Source of the DNA: Mayamaea pseudoterrestris
Lineage: Eukaryota
Length of the DNA: 64,000 bases
Assembly (NCBI GenBank): GCA_027923505.1
Contig: BROI01000021.1
Span: 62,001-126,000 of the forward strand
Reading direction: 5' to 3'
Part shown: positions 30,953-42,825 of the stretch, piece after piece
Position numbering within the stretch: position 1 is the first letter of the stretch
Layout: every line of letters starts with the position of its first letter
Translations under genes and position numbers: made by a program
Notes under the pieces: model-generated
What the model saw: only the letters and a program-made list of their open reading frames with translations
Database searches by the model: none
Told to the model about the DNA's origin: nothing

Positions 30953-32071
30953 CTATGGGAGCAGGGGATGGAAAAGAGCCGCTCTCTCTCGACCAATGCC
31001 CAGTGTGCAATTTAGCTCCTTTAATCGAAAGGAATCGTCTTGCAGCCATGTTTGTGACATGCTGATGTACGCCATGCTGTAAAAAGAATGGAGTACATCC
31101 GGATAATCATTAATCGTCTTGCTGAATCCTCCCATATCCGTCTGACACTGCATAACGAACGTTCTTAATTGCGTATGATCCAATAATTCGTCTCGTCCTA
31201 ACAGGCGCATAGTCCCTCCGATCCAGTACGAGTAGCAAGTATCAGGGTTCTTGTTGGGCCGCCCCTGCATACCACTGACTTGGCGATTGACGCACCAATG
31301 GATCAACTCGTGCCGCCAGTTGCCTTCATTGACAACATCATCCAACCGTTGCATCAGAGCAAGACTTGCAATGGCGCAAAATGTGGATCCGCCGTGGCCT
31401 TCTTGGCCCGGCAACAAGGCAATCGCACCGTCAAACGATCGGCATTTTCGGATGTAGTCCACTGCTGCATTTATGTTCACGCCGCTCCAGTCGTGCAGCA
31501 TGTGTGAAATACAGCAAGCACAATACAGAAATCGCATGTCGTGCTCGGCGTCATTGATGGTGCATTTAAAGCTGCCGTTTTCAAGTTGCAGTGCTCGGAG
31601 AGATTGCAGAATGCCATGGCGATTGACGCGCGAAAAATCGTCACCCAGTGTATGAAGCGTCGCTAGTGCCGTGTAAGTCATGGAAATGTGACCTTGGCAA
31701 ATAATCTGCTGTGATTGTCGCTCATTTTTCTCTTGTTTACTCGCACTTGTAGAACAAGCAAACTCGCCGAGAAAGGATCCGCCTAAAAAGCCGGTGAATT
31801 GTTCGTTTCCTTTCCAAGTTGGCACCTGCAAACTGTAAATCCAGTCAATGATCTTTTGTTTGCTAATGCCCATGTCTGTCAGCATAGTCTCGTCATTTTC
31901 ATTGTCCCAAACGCCCAAAAGGTCCAGCGCTTGGACGGAAAAATGAACCAAAGTCAGTCGATTCGTATCGAGTCTGCTGTAGCCTTCGGCTAATGACGAC
32001 AGACAGGAACTAAAGTAGCGAACATGTCGTTCACGATCAAAAGAAATGGAGTATGGAGTAGTTGTCGACAT
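30953..32071 (-). CDS. PGGT1B: Geranylgeranyltransferase type I beta subunit
   Basis: DTNRLTL, GHISMTYTAL, DMRFLYCA, EGHGGSTFCA, GRPNKNPDTCYSYW, PDVLHS. Confidence 0.9.
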   Translation of the reverse strand: MSTTTPYSISFDRERHVRYFSSCLSSLAEGYSRLDTNRLTLVHFSVQALDLLGVWDNENDETMLTDMGISKQKIIDWIYSLQVPTWKGNEQFTGFLGGSFLGEFACSTSASKQEKNERQSQQIICQGHISMTYTALATLHTLGDDFSRVNRHGILQSLRALQLENGSFKCTINDAEHDMRFLYCACCISHMLHDWSGVNINAAVDYIRKCRSFDGAIALLPGQEGHGGSTFCAIASLALMQRLDDVVNEGNWRHELIHWCVNRQVSGMQGRPNKNPDTCYSYWIGGTMRLLGRDELLDHTQLRTFVMQCQTDMGGFSKTINDYPDVLHSFYSMAYISMSQTWLQDDSFRLKELNCTLGIGRERAALFHPLLP

Positions 32072-32283
32072 GAAAGTATCGTGGTCGATTTGGTTCCTCT
32101 AGTAATGCTGTCGATTCATTGTCAAACGAATGATGAAGGAACAAATTGTCACAGCGGTTACCATATTTGTCGTATCAGCGATCACCGAGTCGATCCTTGA
32201 TCCCATCCCAATCATTACTAACAGCAAAAAGCAAGTTGCAAGCCGGAGAGACAATAAGTAAGGCTGTCAGATATTGTTTACGG

Positions 32284-33852
32284 TCACTCTGGTAAACGCA
32301 CTGTTTCTTGGTATGCAAAAGCATCAACTAGTGCTTGGTGAAACTCTCCGCCGCATGACATGAGGACTCCACTAACCTTTTCCGACAACTTGGCTCCCAA
32401 GGAGAAGTCAATTGGTTGCCCATTGGTATCAGTCATTTGACCGCCTGCTTCTTCAATGACAACATTTCCAGCTGCGTGGTCCCATATCCACTCCACGTAT
32501 CCGGGCCTTGGTAGACGCACGTAAAATTCTGCCCCGCCGCGAGCAATTACTCCATGCTTCGCCTGTGAATCCATCCGTCGAGCGTTAATGATCTCGCCGT
32601 CTTGATCCAATGCATCAGCACCATGAATATACTGGGCCATGCCGGCACTGTTTGCAATATCGATTCGACGACATGATAGGGTAGGAAAACAAACGCAAGT
32701 ATACCAAGCACAAATACTCGAGCATCACATACACTCGTCCTCACGCACTTACCATTGTCCCGACGCATCACTAAACTTTTCGACACCAATGCAAAATCTC
32801 CCGTCTGATAGTAGTCGCTGGGCACCATTCTCGCTCGCCGTGGCCTGCAAACGAATGCCGCGAACACCGTTGCACGCTAACGGCAGCTGGAAGCACCCTC
32901 CATCGCGACTGGCCACAAAGATGCATCCACGGGTGTGCGCCTGGTTGTTAGTTTCATTTTCTTTGTCCGACCAAGAGTAAGTTTCATCGTCTACTCGAGT
33001 CGGCAAGTTTGGGCACCCAAGGATGCCAATGGTTGGTACACCATCTTCAAGAAGGGCAAGTGCGATGCAGTATTGTCCTCCAGTTTTCTTGCCTCGCAGG
33101 AAACCTTTGGTACCATCGATTGGATCGAGGCACCAGATACGACGTGGTCGTCGAAGCAACATTGGCAAGCTCTGGTTTGCTTGTCGACTCGCATCCGTGA
33201 CAGCGACATTGTCGTCGCAATCGCGCCATTTGGTGTAAGATTTCCCGAGGTCAATTGTGTTCCACAAGTCTTGTCGATCCAGCATACCAGATTCTTGCAT
33301 TACTTGCTGACAAAGAATTTCGTCGTTTTGGAGACTAGAGCTGTCTTCCTCGGCGATGTATCCAACATTATCTCCATTGGCCACTGCCACTTGTTGTAGA
33401 TGGTTTAAAACAACGGCTTGAACAGCATAGTCAGCAACCGTCACTGGCGACAAGTCTCGTTTCTGGATAGTTCCGATCAGCGAAGTTTTAGTACACGATG
33501 CTTCAAAATCCGGTTGCAATGCCCGCGTAACGCGACATGCTTTCCGGACAGCACTCAAGGCGACGAGAACGTCGTGCCGACGGGGAAAATCGAGAGGTAA
33601 TTCGTCATCTGCATTTGGCTGGTCGCTGCCGAATTCATCCAGCACGCCATGGAGTGCACTGGAAGCAAAATGATGAGTCTTGCCATAGTACCCATGACCC
33701 TTACATGGACTTATATCATAATGAGTTGCAAACGCTGCTGTTAGTAGTGGGACTACGGAAACAGAGAGAATCAATCGCAAAGGCGCTGGCTGAGCCTTCA
33801 TTGGTCGCAGTGATCTTGCTCTGACATGACGCCCACTGCTATCAGTTCCCAT
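32284..33852 (-). CDS. 3'(2'),5'-bisphosphate nucleotidase (HAL2/SAL1 family), 2 exons (intron 32648-32752)
   Basis: SPVTVADY, AEED, LDPIDGTKGF, DSQAK, IWDHAAG. Confidence 0.9.
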
Positions 33853-34277
33853 TGGGCTCCTAGTACTACTTGTAGGTAAGCTGAATAGAATGCGACGATC
33901 GGCGAGGATACAATTCTGGTTGTGGCGTTCACTCGATCGCAGCCATTAGGTGGTTACAACATCAGTCGATCATTCGTCGAGTCGCATCGTTTTTGCACGA
34001 CCCATGATGCCGTATCATACGTGAGGGGTTAAACATGATAAATATCAATGACACTGCAGTTGAAGTAGAAAAGCCAATCAGCACGACGCAGAATCTTTGA
34101 TGAGTTACAGTGCGAGTTGAAAGAAAAAATTGTGTCCACTCATCACCTGTCACCATGGTAGGGCATTACGGTACGAGACTGGTAAGCCAAACTTGAGCCA
34201 TACAAACGAGATACGACTTTTAAACAAAGTCTAGCTTGATCGAGCGATTCGAACAATTCGAGCGATTGAAACTTAGA

Positions 34278-35483
34278 ATGTCGACGGCTGGTCTGCTAAA
34301 ACTTGTTCCGTCATCGGCAGTTGCGTCTGTCGCAGCTGCCAAGCACATAAGGACGAGTAGAAATCTTGCAGCTACTGCGGCGCAAGCAAGTACTACACCA
34401 ACACCAATGAAAGATTCGCCTACGAGTAAGATAGCTCCAAATAATCAGGCAACTGCAAAAAAGACGAAGAAGTGTAGAAAGCAACTTGACCAGGATCCTG
34501 CCGATCAGCAGTCACAGTCATTTGATAAACATCAGCCGCTACCGCCGGGGAAGAAGACGGTAAGGAAACTTAGATATCAGCAGCAACGGCTGTCTCCAAA
34601 AGAATTCGTACTATCCAGTGCGGATAGTCTACAATATACAGGGTCTGTCGTCGTTGATAAATCTTCATTGGCCGGTGAACTAACCAGCCCATCGAAAGTT
34701 ATAGTTCGAACCTCGTCTTCATTACAAACGGAAGACATCGGTGCTCTATCTGCCAAGCAAGCAACTCAGATTAACATTCAACCACTACTGATACTCGACA
34801 TTAATGGCATACTTTGTCACCGCATTCGCAAGTCACGCATCGATACCTACGATCCAAATGCAACCTACCGGCCGACACTTGGTGGACCCGTGGCAAACAC
34901 ACCCATTGTTCCGCGACCATTTCTTCTAGAATTCTTAACAGATCTGCAACAATACTTTACGCTTGCAATTTGGACGTCGGCCAAGAAGAAAACTGCGACG
35001 CAACTTATCCGAAGACTTGTTCCCGAAGTTATTGCCAATCGCTTTTTATTCGTTTGGGCCCAGCATGATTGTCACGTTCAGCAGTTTGATAGGCAGTTAG
35101 CCAATTCTGACCCAGCTCATCCAAAGGATGCTTTGTTTGAAAAGGACTTGTCAAAAGTATGGACGGCATATCCATTATGGAATGTCCAGAATACGCTGCT
35201 AATAGACGACTCGCCAGAAAAGTGCGTCGCATTTCGTAAGAACGCTATTCACCCGCCACCATTGCATGGACGCGTCATTGACTCGTACAGTACGCACCTA
35301 GTTTCGGACGAAGTCAATAACGAGCAACAGTTACGTTTTCTGCGGGATTTAGCGCAACATTGGAAGGAGTATCCGCTGGTGCAAGAGTGGGGTGAGGAAG
35401 CAGACGGCACAGTTTGCGTATCATCGACAAGAACGCAGGCCAACTTTCTTCAAGATAACACTAGTGGCTACTTTCAGCATTGA
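34278..35483 (+). CDS. NIF/FCP1-like HAD-fold protein
   Basis: LILDINGIL, RPFL..FL, IWTSA, KDLSKVW, LLIDDSPEK. Confidence 0.8.
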   Translation: MSTAGLLKLVPSSAVASVAAAKHIRTSRNLAATAAQASTTPTPMKDSPTSKIAPNNQATAKKTKKCRKQLDQDPADQQSQSFDKHQPLPPGKKTVRKLRYQQQRLSPKEFVLSSADSLQYTGSVVVDKSSLAGELTSPSKVIVRTSSSLQTEDIGALSAKQATQINIQPLLILDINGILCHRIRKSRIDTYDPNATYRPTLGGPVANTPIVPRPFLLEFLTDLQQYFTLAIWTSAKKKTATQLIRRLVPEVIANRFLFVWAQHDCHVQQFDRQLANSDPAHPKDALFEKDLSKVWTAYPLWNVQNTLLIDDSPEKCVAFRKNAIHPPPLHGRVIDSYSTHLVSDEVNNEQQLRFLRDLAQHWKEYPLVQEWGEEADGTVCVSSTRTQANFLQDNTSGYFQH

Positions 35484-35530
35484 CATGTAAATGAAGTAAT
35501 ATTATATATGAAATTTATGAGATACAAGTC

Positions 35531-36286
35531 TTAAAACTCATTCTCAGGAATCTTGTCTCGAACGGCGTAAAGAATTGCACCGGCCACAGTGAAGAAAACC
35601 AGCGCATGGCTCGTATGCGAAGGCAAAAGAGCAAATAAGAGAACCGGAATGGTGACTGTGAGGCCAATCTTGACGTTCATGGCGTTGACCTTGTTCAAAA
35701 GAGCAGTGGCAAGATCCCTGTCTTCAATGGACTTGAGTCCAGTACCCTCAATATCCCACAATCCCGCCTGTCCAATGTTACAGATACCTTCTTTGGCGGA
35801 TGTTCTGTATCCTACAGCAATTAAGATGGGAATAATTGCTAGGAATCGAAGCAAATGCCCACCAATGCCTCCATCGTCCGCAAACAAGCCTGCCCAGACG
35901 ACGTATGCAGCAGAGGCGTACGTTGCAATTGTCCCAATCTGGAAACGACGCTCGCGTTCCGTCATGTCAATGTTCATCAAATTCTTGGTCGCTTCCTCGC
36001 GTCTCGTGCGGCGCTCTTCGGTGGAAAGGGACGAGTCATTCGAGACTGGAGCGGTAAAGACGCCGTTAACAATCGACTTGCCTTCCTGGATTCCCATGTT
36101 CTCCAGAGAAGGCTGCATGAACGAAAAAGGACCATCGTTTTGGAATGAAGGCTTACGGTTGTTATCGCCGGTGACAGCGCTTTTCAAAGCGGGAGCTGTT
36201 GGATGAGAGACGCGCGGCGCAAACGCATGGACTGACGCCAGCGTCGAGCACAATGCCGTAGTGATGAGCTGCTTCGAGAATCTCAT
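35531..36286 (-). CDS. Plastid-targeted membrane protein of unknown function
   Basis: Signal peptide followed by VHA-FAP (ASAFAP-like); about 4 hydrophobic segments. Confidence 0.7.
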   Translation of the reverse strand: MRFSKQLITTALCSTLASVHAFAPRVSHPTAPALKSAVTGDNNRKPSFQNDGPFSFMQPSLENMGIQEGKSIVNGVFTAPVSNDSSLSTEERRTRREEATKNLMNIDMTERERRFQIGTIATYASAAYVVWAGLFADDGGIGGHLLRFLAIIPILIAVGYRTSAKEGICNIGQAGLWDIEGTGLKSIEDRDLATALLNKVNAMNVKIGLTVTIPVLLFALLPSHTSHALVFFTVAGAILYAVRDKIPENEF

Positions 36287-36656
36287 TTTAAATCAGTTGT
36301 TGTTAGAATTGTAATCCTGTTGATTAAGAAAGTAATAGATTGAACGACCGGCAGGGTGGAGACGGGGCGAATTCGTCAGTCTTTCGTTGTCCATGCAGGT
36401 GACCTGTCGTCGCCGAAGAAATTCGTTGGCAGAAGCACAAGTACCGGTATGACGCTTGATAGTCAGAAGAATGAAAACGTGTCCAAATGACTATTGACAA
36501 TGTGAATGACATATGGAAAGAGCCCATTCCGTTAAAATTGACTCACATTCAGAAAGCAACATGACTGCCTTAAACGTCGCAGCAACCATCACCCAAGCAC
36601 CTGCTGCTTGCTTCGACATGCAGCTTGTCCAGTGATATCGAAATCTGTGTCATACC

Positions 36657-37550
36657 ATGACACTCAACCTTTTGCCGAAAGCGTATAACTCACAGGCGCA
36701 TCAAGATGATGCAGAGCAAGTGCCGATTGATTCGTTCGGCCGCGACAGCGACAGTAATATGTTCGCCTTGGATCAGCAGCATCCTCAAATCGAAGAAACA
36801 TGTTATAATCACAACAGTCATGTCTTAGCAGCAGTAACGGAAAATGGCGGCGAGAGTTGTGACGAAGACAACGTGGACGAGGAATGGCTTCGGTCGCCAT
36901 TTGCCTCGAGCCGCGCCAAAACAACCTGGGTCGACGAAGGCGTTAACTTTCGAAGATTATGTCAATCTTGCTACTCGGGAGACGGAAACTTTTGCTTATT
37001 TTTGACTGCTTGTTTGTGTTCAAGAGCTGCCCGCGTCGGAAACATGATTGTTTGCTGGCAGAGGCCGAAACGACGCATGCTCGACCGCTACACAGATGAG
37101 CTCGTCGAGCGACCCCAACTAATTTGCATCTTGGGGCCCTATTGGTATATATGCACGTGTCTAACCTTTCCATTTTTACTGTTCTTTGCTATATGGACCG
37201 GTGTAAGAATGATTCCACATCAGTCGTTGGCAGTTGTCATTCCCTGGGCAATCTGCAACACTGTCGCCTTGCTGTCCTTGTTGCTCGTCTCTAGTGGGGA
37301 TCCTGGTATTCTTCATCGCTACCATGAACCACCAGATGACACCTGGATATGGAATGATCAAGCCGCAACCTGGAGACCCGCTCACGCCAAGTATGATTCT
37401 GACTGTGGCGTTGTGATCGAGCATTTTGACCATGTCTGTCCGTGGACTGGAACGGCCATTGGCGGGTCAAACATGCGTTACTTTCGACTCTTTGTCTGCC
37501 TCACATTTGTTTCACTCGTCTACAATGTTTTGTTGTTGACGATTCTGTAA
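36657..37550 (+). CDS. DHHC-family palmitoyltransferase-like protein (DHVC variant)
   Basis: GPYW, 2 TM, DPG, RP, FDHVCPWTGTAIG..N.R.F, TM. Confidence 0.8.
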   Translation: MTLNLLPKAYNSQAHQDDAEQVPIDSFGRDSDSNMFALDQQHPQIEETCYNHNSHVLAAVTENGGESCDEDNVDEEWLRSPFASSRAKTTWVDEGVNFRRLCQSCYSGDGNFCLFLTACLCSRAARVGNMIVCWQRPKRRMLDRYTDELVERPQLICILGPYWYICTCLTFPFLLFFAIWTGVRMIPHQSLAVVIPWAICNTVALLSLLLVSSGDPGILHRYHEPPDDTWIWNDQAATWRPAHAKYDSDCGVVIEHFDHVCPWTGTAIGGSNMRYFRLFVCLTFVSLVYNVLLLTIL

Positions 37551-37956
37551 GCCCGGACAGTACCATGCTCGTTTACAACTAACGAAGCACCTCATTGAAT
37601 AGCTTTTTATGCGTGTAATTGTGTACAGCCATACTGTAGCATAAGCTGCAACAGTGTGCTCGAGCTACATGAAAAATCTTTGACAAACCATGTCGGGTAG
37701 GTGTGATGCAAGGTACAATTTCTACCATATACTACGGTAGAATCACGCGGTAGCTAAACTCCAGTAAACCCTTTTTATTTTCTACTTACAGTTAAGGCTT
37801 TCCGGCGACCCGATGGAAACGGACCATGACGACGGATCGCCTCACACGCCGGTTTTTCGATGAGCAAGGAGAAGACGAAGAAGCAGGTTTATTTGGCTTT
37901 TGACGTTTCTAGCTAATCATTGCAGATTGCTTCGGGCTCATTAGTTTTATAATTCC

Positions 37957-39151
37957 ATGGCACAACGACGGGTTCCCACCAAGACCAACAGCGGCATCGA
38001 ATCTAATTCCGTCACGCTCGCACCAACAACAACATCCGGCAGGGACAGAACGAATGACGACGACGATGACAACGTCAATGTTCTATTTGATAGTGCCGAA
38101 GACAAGGACTTGGATCCACTCATCCAAAAGGCGCGAACGGTTCGGTCGCTCCAGCTAGAACCCGGTGACAACGCCGACCATGGAGATGATCCCGATCTGG
38201 ACGACGAAAGGCGCAGCCAAATCGACCGCCACAAGGCTCGCATTCGGCACTGGAAGGAATCTGAGTTTGCCTGCGGTCTTGTGGAACCTTCGTGGGAATT
38301 GCAAAGGACGTTTCACAAGCATATGGTTGGCGCTTCGGAAACGGCACCGGATGAAGCTGGTTGTGGGTGCTGCTCGGCACGCATTTGTCCAATGTTTGGA
38401 GCTGGCCGAGTTGGACATATGGTGGTACTCAAGAGCTCACAGCAGTGGGTAGAGCATGTGCAGATCGATCCGGAAACTGGCGAGCGCAAGGTGCTGCGAT
38501 ATACAAGGCCTCGCCTAGATTGCGTTGTTGGTCCCTATTGGCCCATGTTAGTCCTGATTACGTATCCACTCATTTTTGGAGTCAGTGGTTGGGTTTTCGT
38601 ATCGAAAGTATGCAAAGGCCTTTTAAATCCCGCTCTTGCTTTGGCGTGGGTGGTTCTGACGATTGGTTTGATCATGGCGCTTGCCTTGACAGGTTGTCGT
38701 GACCCTGGTATTTTGTATCGGCATGATGAGCCGCCGCCAGACCTTGAAAATACTTGGAGATGGAACGATCAGGCACTCTCATATCGGCCAAGGAATGCCG
38801 TCTATGATCCGGATACAGCTGTTATTGTGCAAGACTTTGATCACACGTGAGTACATGAGGGGGTGCGTGACGTTTGGGTTTGTTGTGAAACAATTGTATA
38901 CTGAATCTTACATACTCACTGTTCTTTGTGATCACCAGTTGCCCATGGACTGGAACTGCGATTGGTGGAGTAAGCATGACTTGTCTTGGGTGAACAGTAT
39001 GGTGCAGTCTGTTTGCTAACAACATTCCACCGTTGTTCTTTGCTGGGCACAGAAAAACATGCTGGCATTTCAATTCTTCGTCGCCTTGGTGTTTCTCATG
39101 CTCATGTTGGACATATTTCTTCTTACTGGAGTCTTGGATTCCAATTGGTAG
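37957..39151 (+). CDS. DHHC-family palmitoyltransferase-like protein (DHTC variant), 3 exons (introns 38847-38938, 38970-39052)
   Basis: Spliced product reads FDHTCPWTGTAIGGKNMLAFQFF; paralogous to the upstream gene. Confidence 0.8.
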
Positions 39152-39598
39152 TAAGGGTACAAAAAGCTATCAATGTTGCTGACTGTGAGTGTGAAGGCAC
39201 GTGATGTCGTCGCGTGGTAAGTATTACGAGTTTGCACGGGCACATGCTGTAGAGAACTAATTTAAGGCCTCTTAGTAGAGACACTTTGCATGCCTGCGCG
39301 TACAATATGTATGATTTCGACGACGGATTAGTTTCCTTCCGTGTGAAAGTATCACCTCATTAGCTAATCCCGTAGAGTTTCGGTGCGACATCAAATCGGA
39401 AACGGCGCGCTCCGCGACCGCGATCACCAAAACGACTCGTCGCAGTCGTTTGAACGAACAGGGAGTACATGCGACACTCAATCGGAGGTATTGTACTGCA
39501 TTCGTAGACTGGTCTGCGTGTCATCGACTTTTAAACCTTTCATCATAAGCAGCAATATAGAAACTTAAAGCGACAGAAGCCAGAATTCTGTATCTGTA

Positions 39599-40810
39599 AT
39601 GCATTCCTCCTTTTCGCGGCCGATTCTTTGGCTACCGATGTGTTTCATCGGACTGCTTGGCCTACTACCTACAGCGAGCAGTCTAGATGTATCTGTCGGT
39701 CTACGAGACAATACAAAATCTTGGATACGACGTAAATTGCACGTGGCATCCCAGGAACATGACTCTTTAGGCAGAATGACTGCATCGACTGTCGATTCGG
39801 GAACGTTACACATCACACGTCATCGTCAAATGGACATGACGATTACAACTGACGATGCTACAGCGGGAGACGATGATGCCGGCGAAGACGATGCTACAGG
39901 CGATGATGGACAAGGCGACGATGCTGCTGGAGATGATGGAACGGATGATGACGGAACAGATGACGACGGCCAAGGAGATGATGGAACGGACGATGGAACC
40001 GACGACGATGGCACAGATGATGGAAACGGCGACGATGGTACAGACGACGGCACTGGTGACGATACTCAGGGTGATGGCGGAGATGGAAACATGGATGACG
40101 ACTCCACAGACGTTCAAACGAACGATAATCTTGATACTGAATCCGGGTTGGACGGTGGCGACATGATCGTTACGCAAGCGCCGTCAGTCTACATTGGAAC
40201 AGTTGCGACGCAAGCTCCACCAGACAGTATTGAAACTGTGGCCACACAAGCTCCGCCAGATTTTGGAGACGTTGTTACAGAGGCGCCCTCACAAGGTGGA
40301 GGCAATGTAGCAACACCGTCGCCCACGCCATATGCTTCTCTTAAAGCAGATGGAGCTGGCGATGATGGCGACGATGGCAGTATAAACAATGATCAAACGG
40401 CCAACCAAGATACAAATGGATCTGATAATCTTGATGGTAACGATGATACCGATAATCACATCCAAGTTAATAAGTGGAACTACGGTGGAACATCCATGAC
40501 CGACCTTCAGGACCAAGGAATGGCCGTTGCCAAAGACCCTAATGTTTGGATTGCTGCCGTTGTTTTGTCGGTCGTTGGTTTCTTTTTCATGCTCTTTGTC
40601 GTTCATCAGCTGGTAGAGAACCCGAACGGGTGCATTTCCAAAATGTTCCGATGTTTGGTTGCCTTTTTTCGCATCATCTGTTGGCCATGTCGCAGAGTGT
40701 GTTGTTGCTGCTGTCCCGGCGGCCAAGCGAGGGGTCGTGGGCGGTCTGGACGAACTGGAGTTCCGACTGATGACGATGACAGTTACAGTCGCGACTTGGA
40801 GTTGACGTAA
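39599..40810 (+). CDS. Type I membrane protein with an Asp/Gly-rich ectodomain and a Cys-rich tail
   Basis: Signal peptide, RRKL, DDG(T/Q) repeats, TQAP repeats, one TM, then CWPCRRVCCCCCP. Confidence 0.8.
   Translation: MHSSFSRPILWLPMCFIGLLGLLPTASSLDVSVGLRDNTKSWIRRKLHVASQEHDSLGRMTASTVDSGTLHITRHRQMDMTITTDDATAGDDDAGEDDATGDDGQGDDAAGDDGTDDDGTDDDGQGDDGTDDGTDDDGTDDGNGDDGTDDGTGDDTQGDGGDGNMDDDSTDVQTNDNLDTESGLDGGDMIVTQAPSVYIGTVATQAPPDSIETVATQAPPDFGDVVTEAPSQGGGNVATPSPTPYASLKADGAGDDGDDGSINNDQTANQDTNGSDNLDGNDDTDNHIQVNKWNYGGTSMTDLQDQGMAVAKDPNVWIAAVVLSVVGFFFMLFVVHQLVENPNGCISKMFRCLVAFFRIICWPCRRVCCCCCPGGQARGRGRSGRTGVPTDDDDSYSRDLELT
39850..40100 (+). repeat. Coding low-complexity repeats encoding DDGT/DDAG units
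   Basis: Imperfect GAYGAYGGN tandem units. Confidence 0.7.
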
Positions 40811-41109
40811 GATCGAAATATGAAGCAGCAACTGTTGATACCCAAGCATAATGACAAGTTGATATCGCGCTATTGCATCATTAGTAGAGCTTACTGATAG
40901 GCGAGATCTGATGTACCTCGACACAAACTCGTAGTACTTGTACAATGCCGGAAGTTGAGGGTGATAGGTCGTATCGTACCGTGACTCCATTGAACCGGTG
41001 CGACCATTTAGTGTCGCATCGTGGATGCCGAACATCATGCATGACAAAAATAATGAACGATCCTCATCATGATGCACTGTCGACCAAGGGACCACCAAAT
41101 GCCAGTCTC

Positions 41110-42669
41110 ATGTCAACAGCAATGAGAGTATGGATAATAATTGCATTCTTAACCATCGGGACGAGCTCAGAACGTTTTAGCTTGCTCGCTTTCTGTCCAT
41201 CGTCTGAAAATTCGAAACAAAGGACTCCACGCACCTTGTCGCAAACGAATCGGCCATCTCCAACTCGGACAGTACAGATGCCGGTATATTCTTCGATTGA
41301 CGACGAAGACAATGATGATTTTAATGACGAGTTATCTTCACTAGAATCGACGCGACGGAAGCAAGGCCAAAAGAACATTCGGAAACGCGTCGCTTCCATG
41401 GCACGAAACATGGTTATCAAACCACTTAGCTATGCGACTCCCATGCCGCAGGCGATTGGCGCCGTCTTGAAGGATGCAACGCTAGGAGCGATTGACATGG
41501 CTGTAGATGAAGTTATGAATCGGTCAGCCAAAACGAGTCGCAAGGGAGTATCCAGCTTGTCGCAACTTGATCAACTTTCCGATGATGCAGCATCAGAGAT
41601 AGCAGTCGACGTCCTTTCGCTCGTTGATGAAGCGTTTGCTCCGCTAGAAGCGACTTTGGAGGATCTTGAATATGCACTTGCAAATGCTAGACAATCGCTT
41701 AAGAACGCCAAAACCCAGGCGACGTACGCGATGAATGCCATCCAAGCTGCAGCGATTGCCCAAGCCGAAGGTGCCGTCACAGCCGTGGCGGCTGCAGAGG
41801 AACGGCTCATGGCTGACTTGTATGCAAACGTGAACGAAATTGACGTATCAACGCTCACTTTCGAGGATGTTGACTACGGGTCGAGTGAAATGGCGCCTCC
41901 CTTCTTGAATGAAGACCAGTGTTTGGTTCCAGGTGAGCCTATCATTCGGGTCGAAAAGGCGCCGGAGAATTCAAGGCGCATATTCGCAGGAATTGACATT
42001 ATGGCATCGGTGGATACAGTCTGGAATGTGTTGACAGACTACTGCAATCTGCAAAAGGTGGTGCCAAACTTGGTGGTGAATGAAGTCATGAACTTGTACC
42101 AGGAAAATCCTAACTGCAAGGTTGATACAACCTTGTCGGAGGAGGAGCAATGCGAACAAATCAGTTTGAGCTTGAAGGGAGCTTTGTTGCGCCAAGTTGG
42201 TGGCGCCAAGGTGGCTGGGATTAATTTTTCGGCTCGCACCAAGCTGGAGGTGCGCGAGTGGCCGCAAGGATTGCCCGACTTTGCCCACTTTTTACGTGAC
42301 GATGTTTATCAAGGCAAGACGAGGGCCGAGCGCGCACAGGATTACACCAAAGTCAAACTCCGTCGCTACCGCTTTCCTCGACCGTTTGCTATTTCATCAC
42401 TGCCGACAAAGGACATTTCTATGCAGAGTATCAAGAATGATGACGGAGAGTTTCGCATGTACCAAGGTGTTTGGCGAATGCAGCCGCTTCCTGGGTGTGC
42501 ACCAAAGGGACAAGATGCTATGCGTTTGACATATGCGGTCGAAGTGTCGCCTCGCGCCTATCTGCCAGTGCGGTTGGTAGAGGGACGAATCGCGGCGGAC
42601 TTGTGTACCAACCTCGAAGCCATTCGTGACTACGTTGAGAGTGCGTCAGCCGTGCCGAGTGCAAGATAA
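41110..42669 (+). CDS. START/polyketide-cyclase-like protein, probably plastid-targeted
   Basis: Signal peptide + LAF; RRIFAGIDI...VWNVLTDY, GEFRMYQGVWRM, LTYAVEVSP, DLCTNLEAIR. Confidence 0.75.
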   Translation: MSTAMRVWIIIAFLTIGTSSERFSLLAFCPSSENSKQRTPRTLSQTNRPSPTRTVQMPVYSSIDDEDNDDFNDELSSLESTRRKQGQKNIRKRVASMARNMVIKPLSYATPMPQAIGAVLKDATLGAIDMAVDEVMNRSAKTSRKGVSSLSQLDQLSDDAASEIAVDVLSLVDEAFAPLEATLEDLEYALANARQSLKNAKTQATYAMNAIQAAAIAQAEGAVTAVAAAEERLMADLYANVNEIDVSTLTFEDVDYGSSEMAPPFLNEDQCLVPGEPIIRVEKAPENSRRIFAGIDIMASVDTVWNVLTDYCNLQKVVPNLVVNEVMNLYQENPNCKVDTTLSEEEQCEQISLSLKGALLRQVGGAKVAGINFSARTKLEVREWPQGLPDFAHFLRDDVYQGKTRAERAQDYTKVKLRRYRFPRPFAISSLPTKDISMQSIKNDDGEFRMYQGVWRMQPLPGCAPKGQDAMRLTYAVEVSPRAYLPVRLVEGRIAADLCTNLEAIRDYVESASAVPSAR

Positions 42670-42825
42670 TTGCATATGCAGTTGTTATGAGTACAGATTT
42701 GGCGCAGGGGGTTTCTTGCTGTTTCGTATCTGCTTACAATGATGTACAATGATGGGGTTATCTACTGATTGGTTCTCTATTGTTAATCCGCTCTTCTACT
42801 TCCTCCTACTTGATAGCAAGAGTGA

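Noticed and set aside
39850..40300. CRISPR-like or satellite array
   Set aside because: Imperfect codon-level repeats inside a coding sequence in a eukaryotic context; no repeat-spacer structure.
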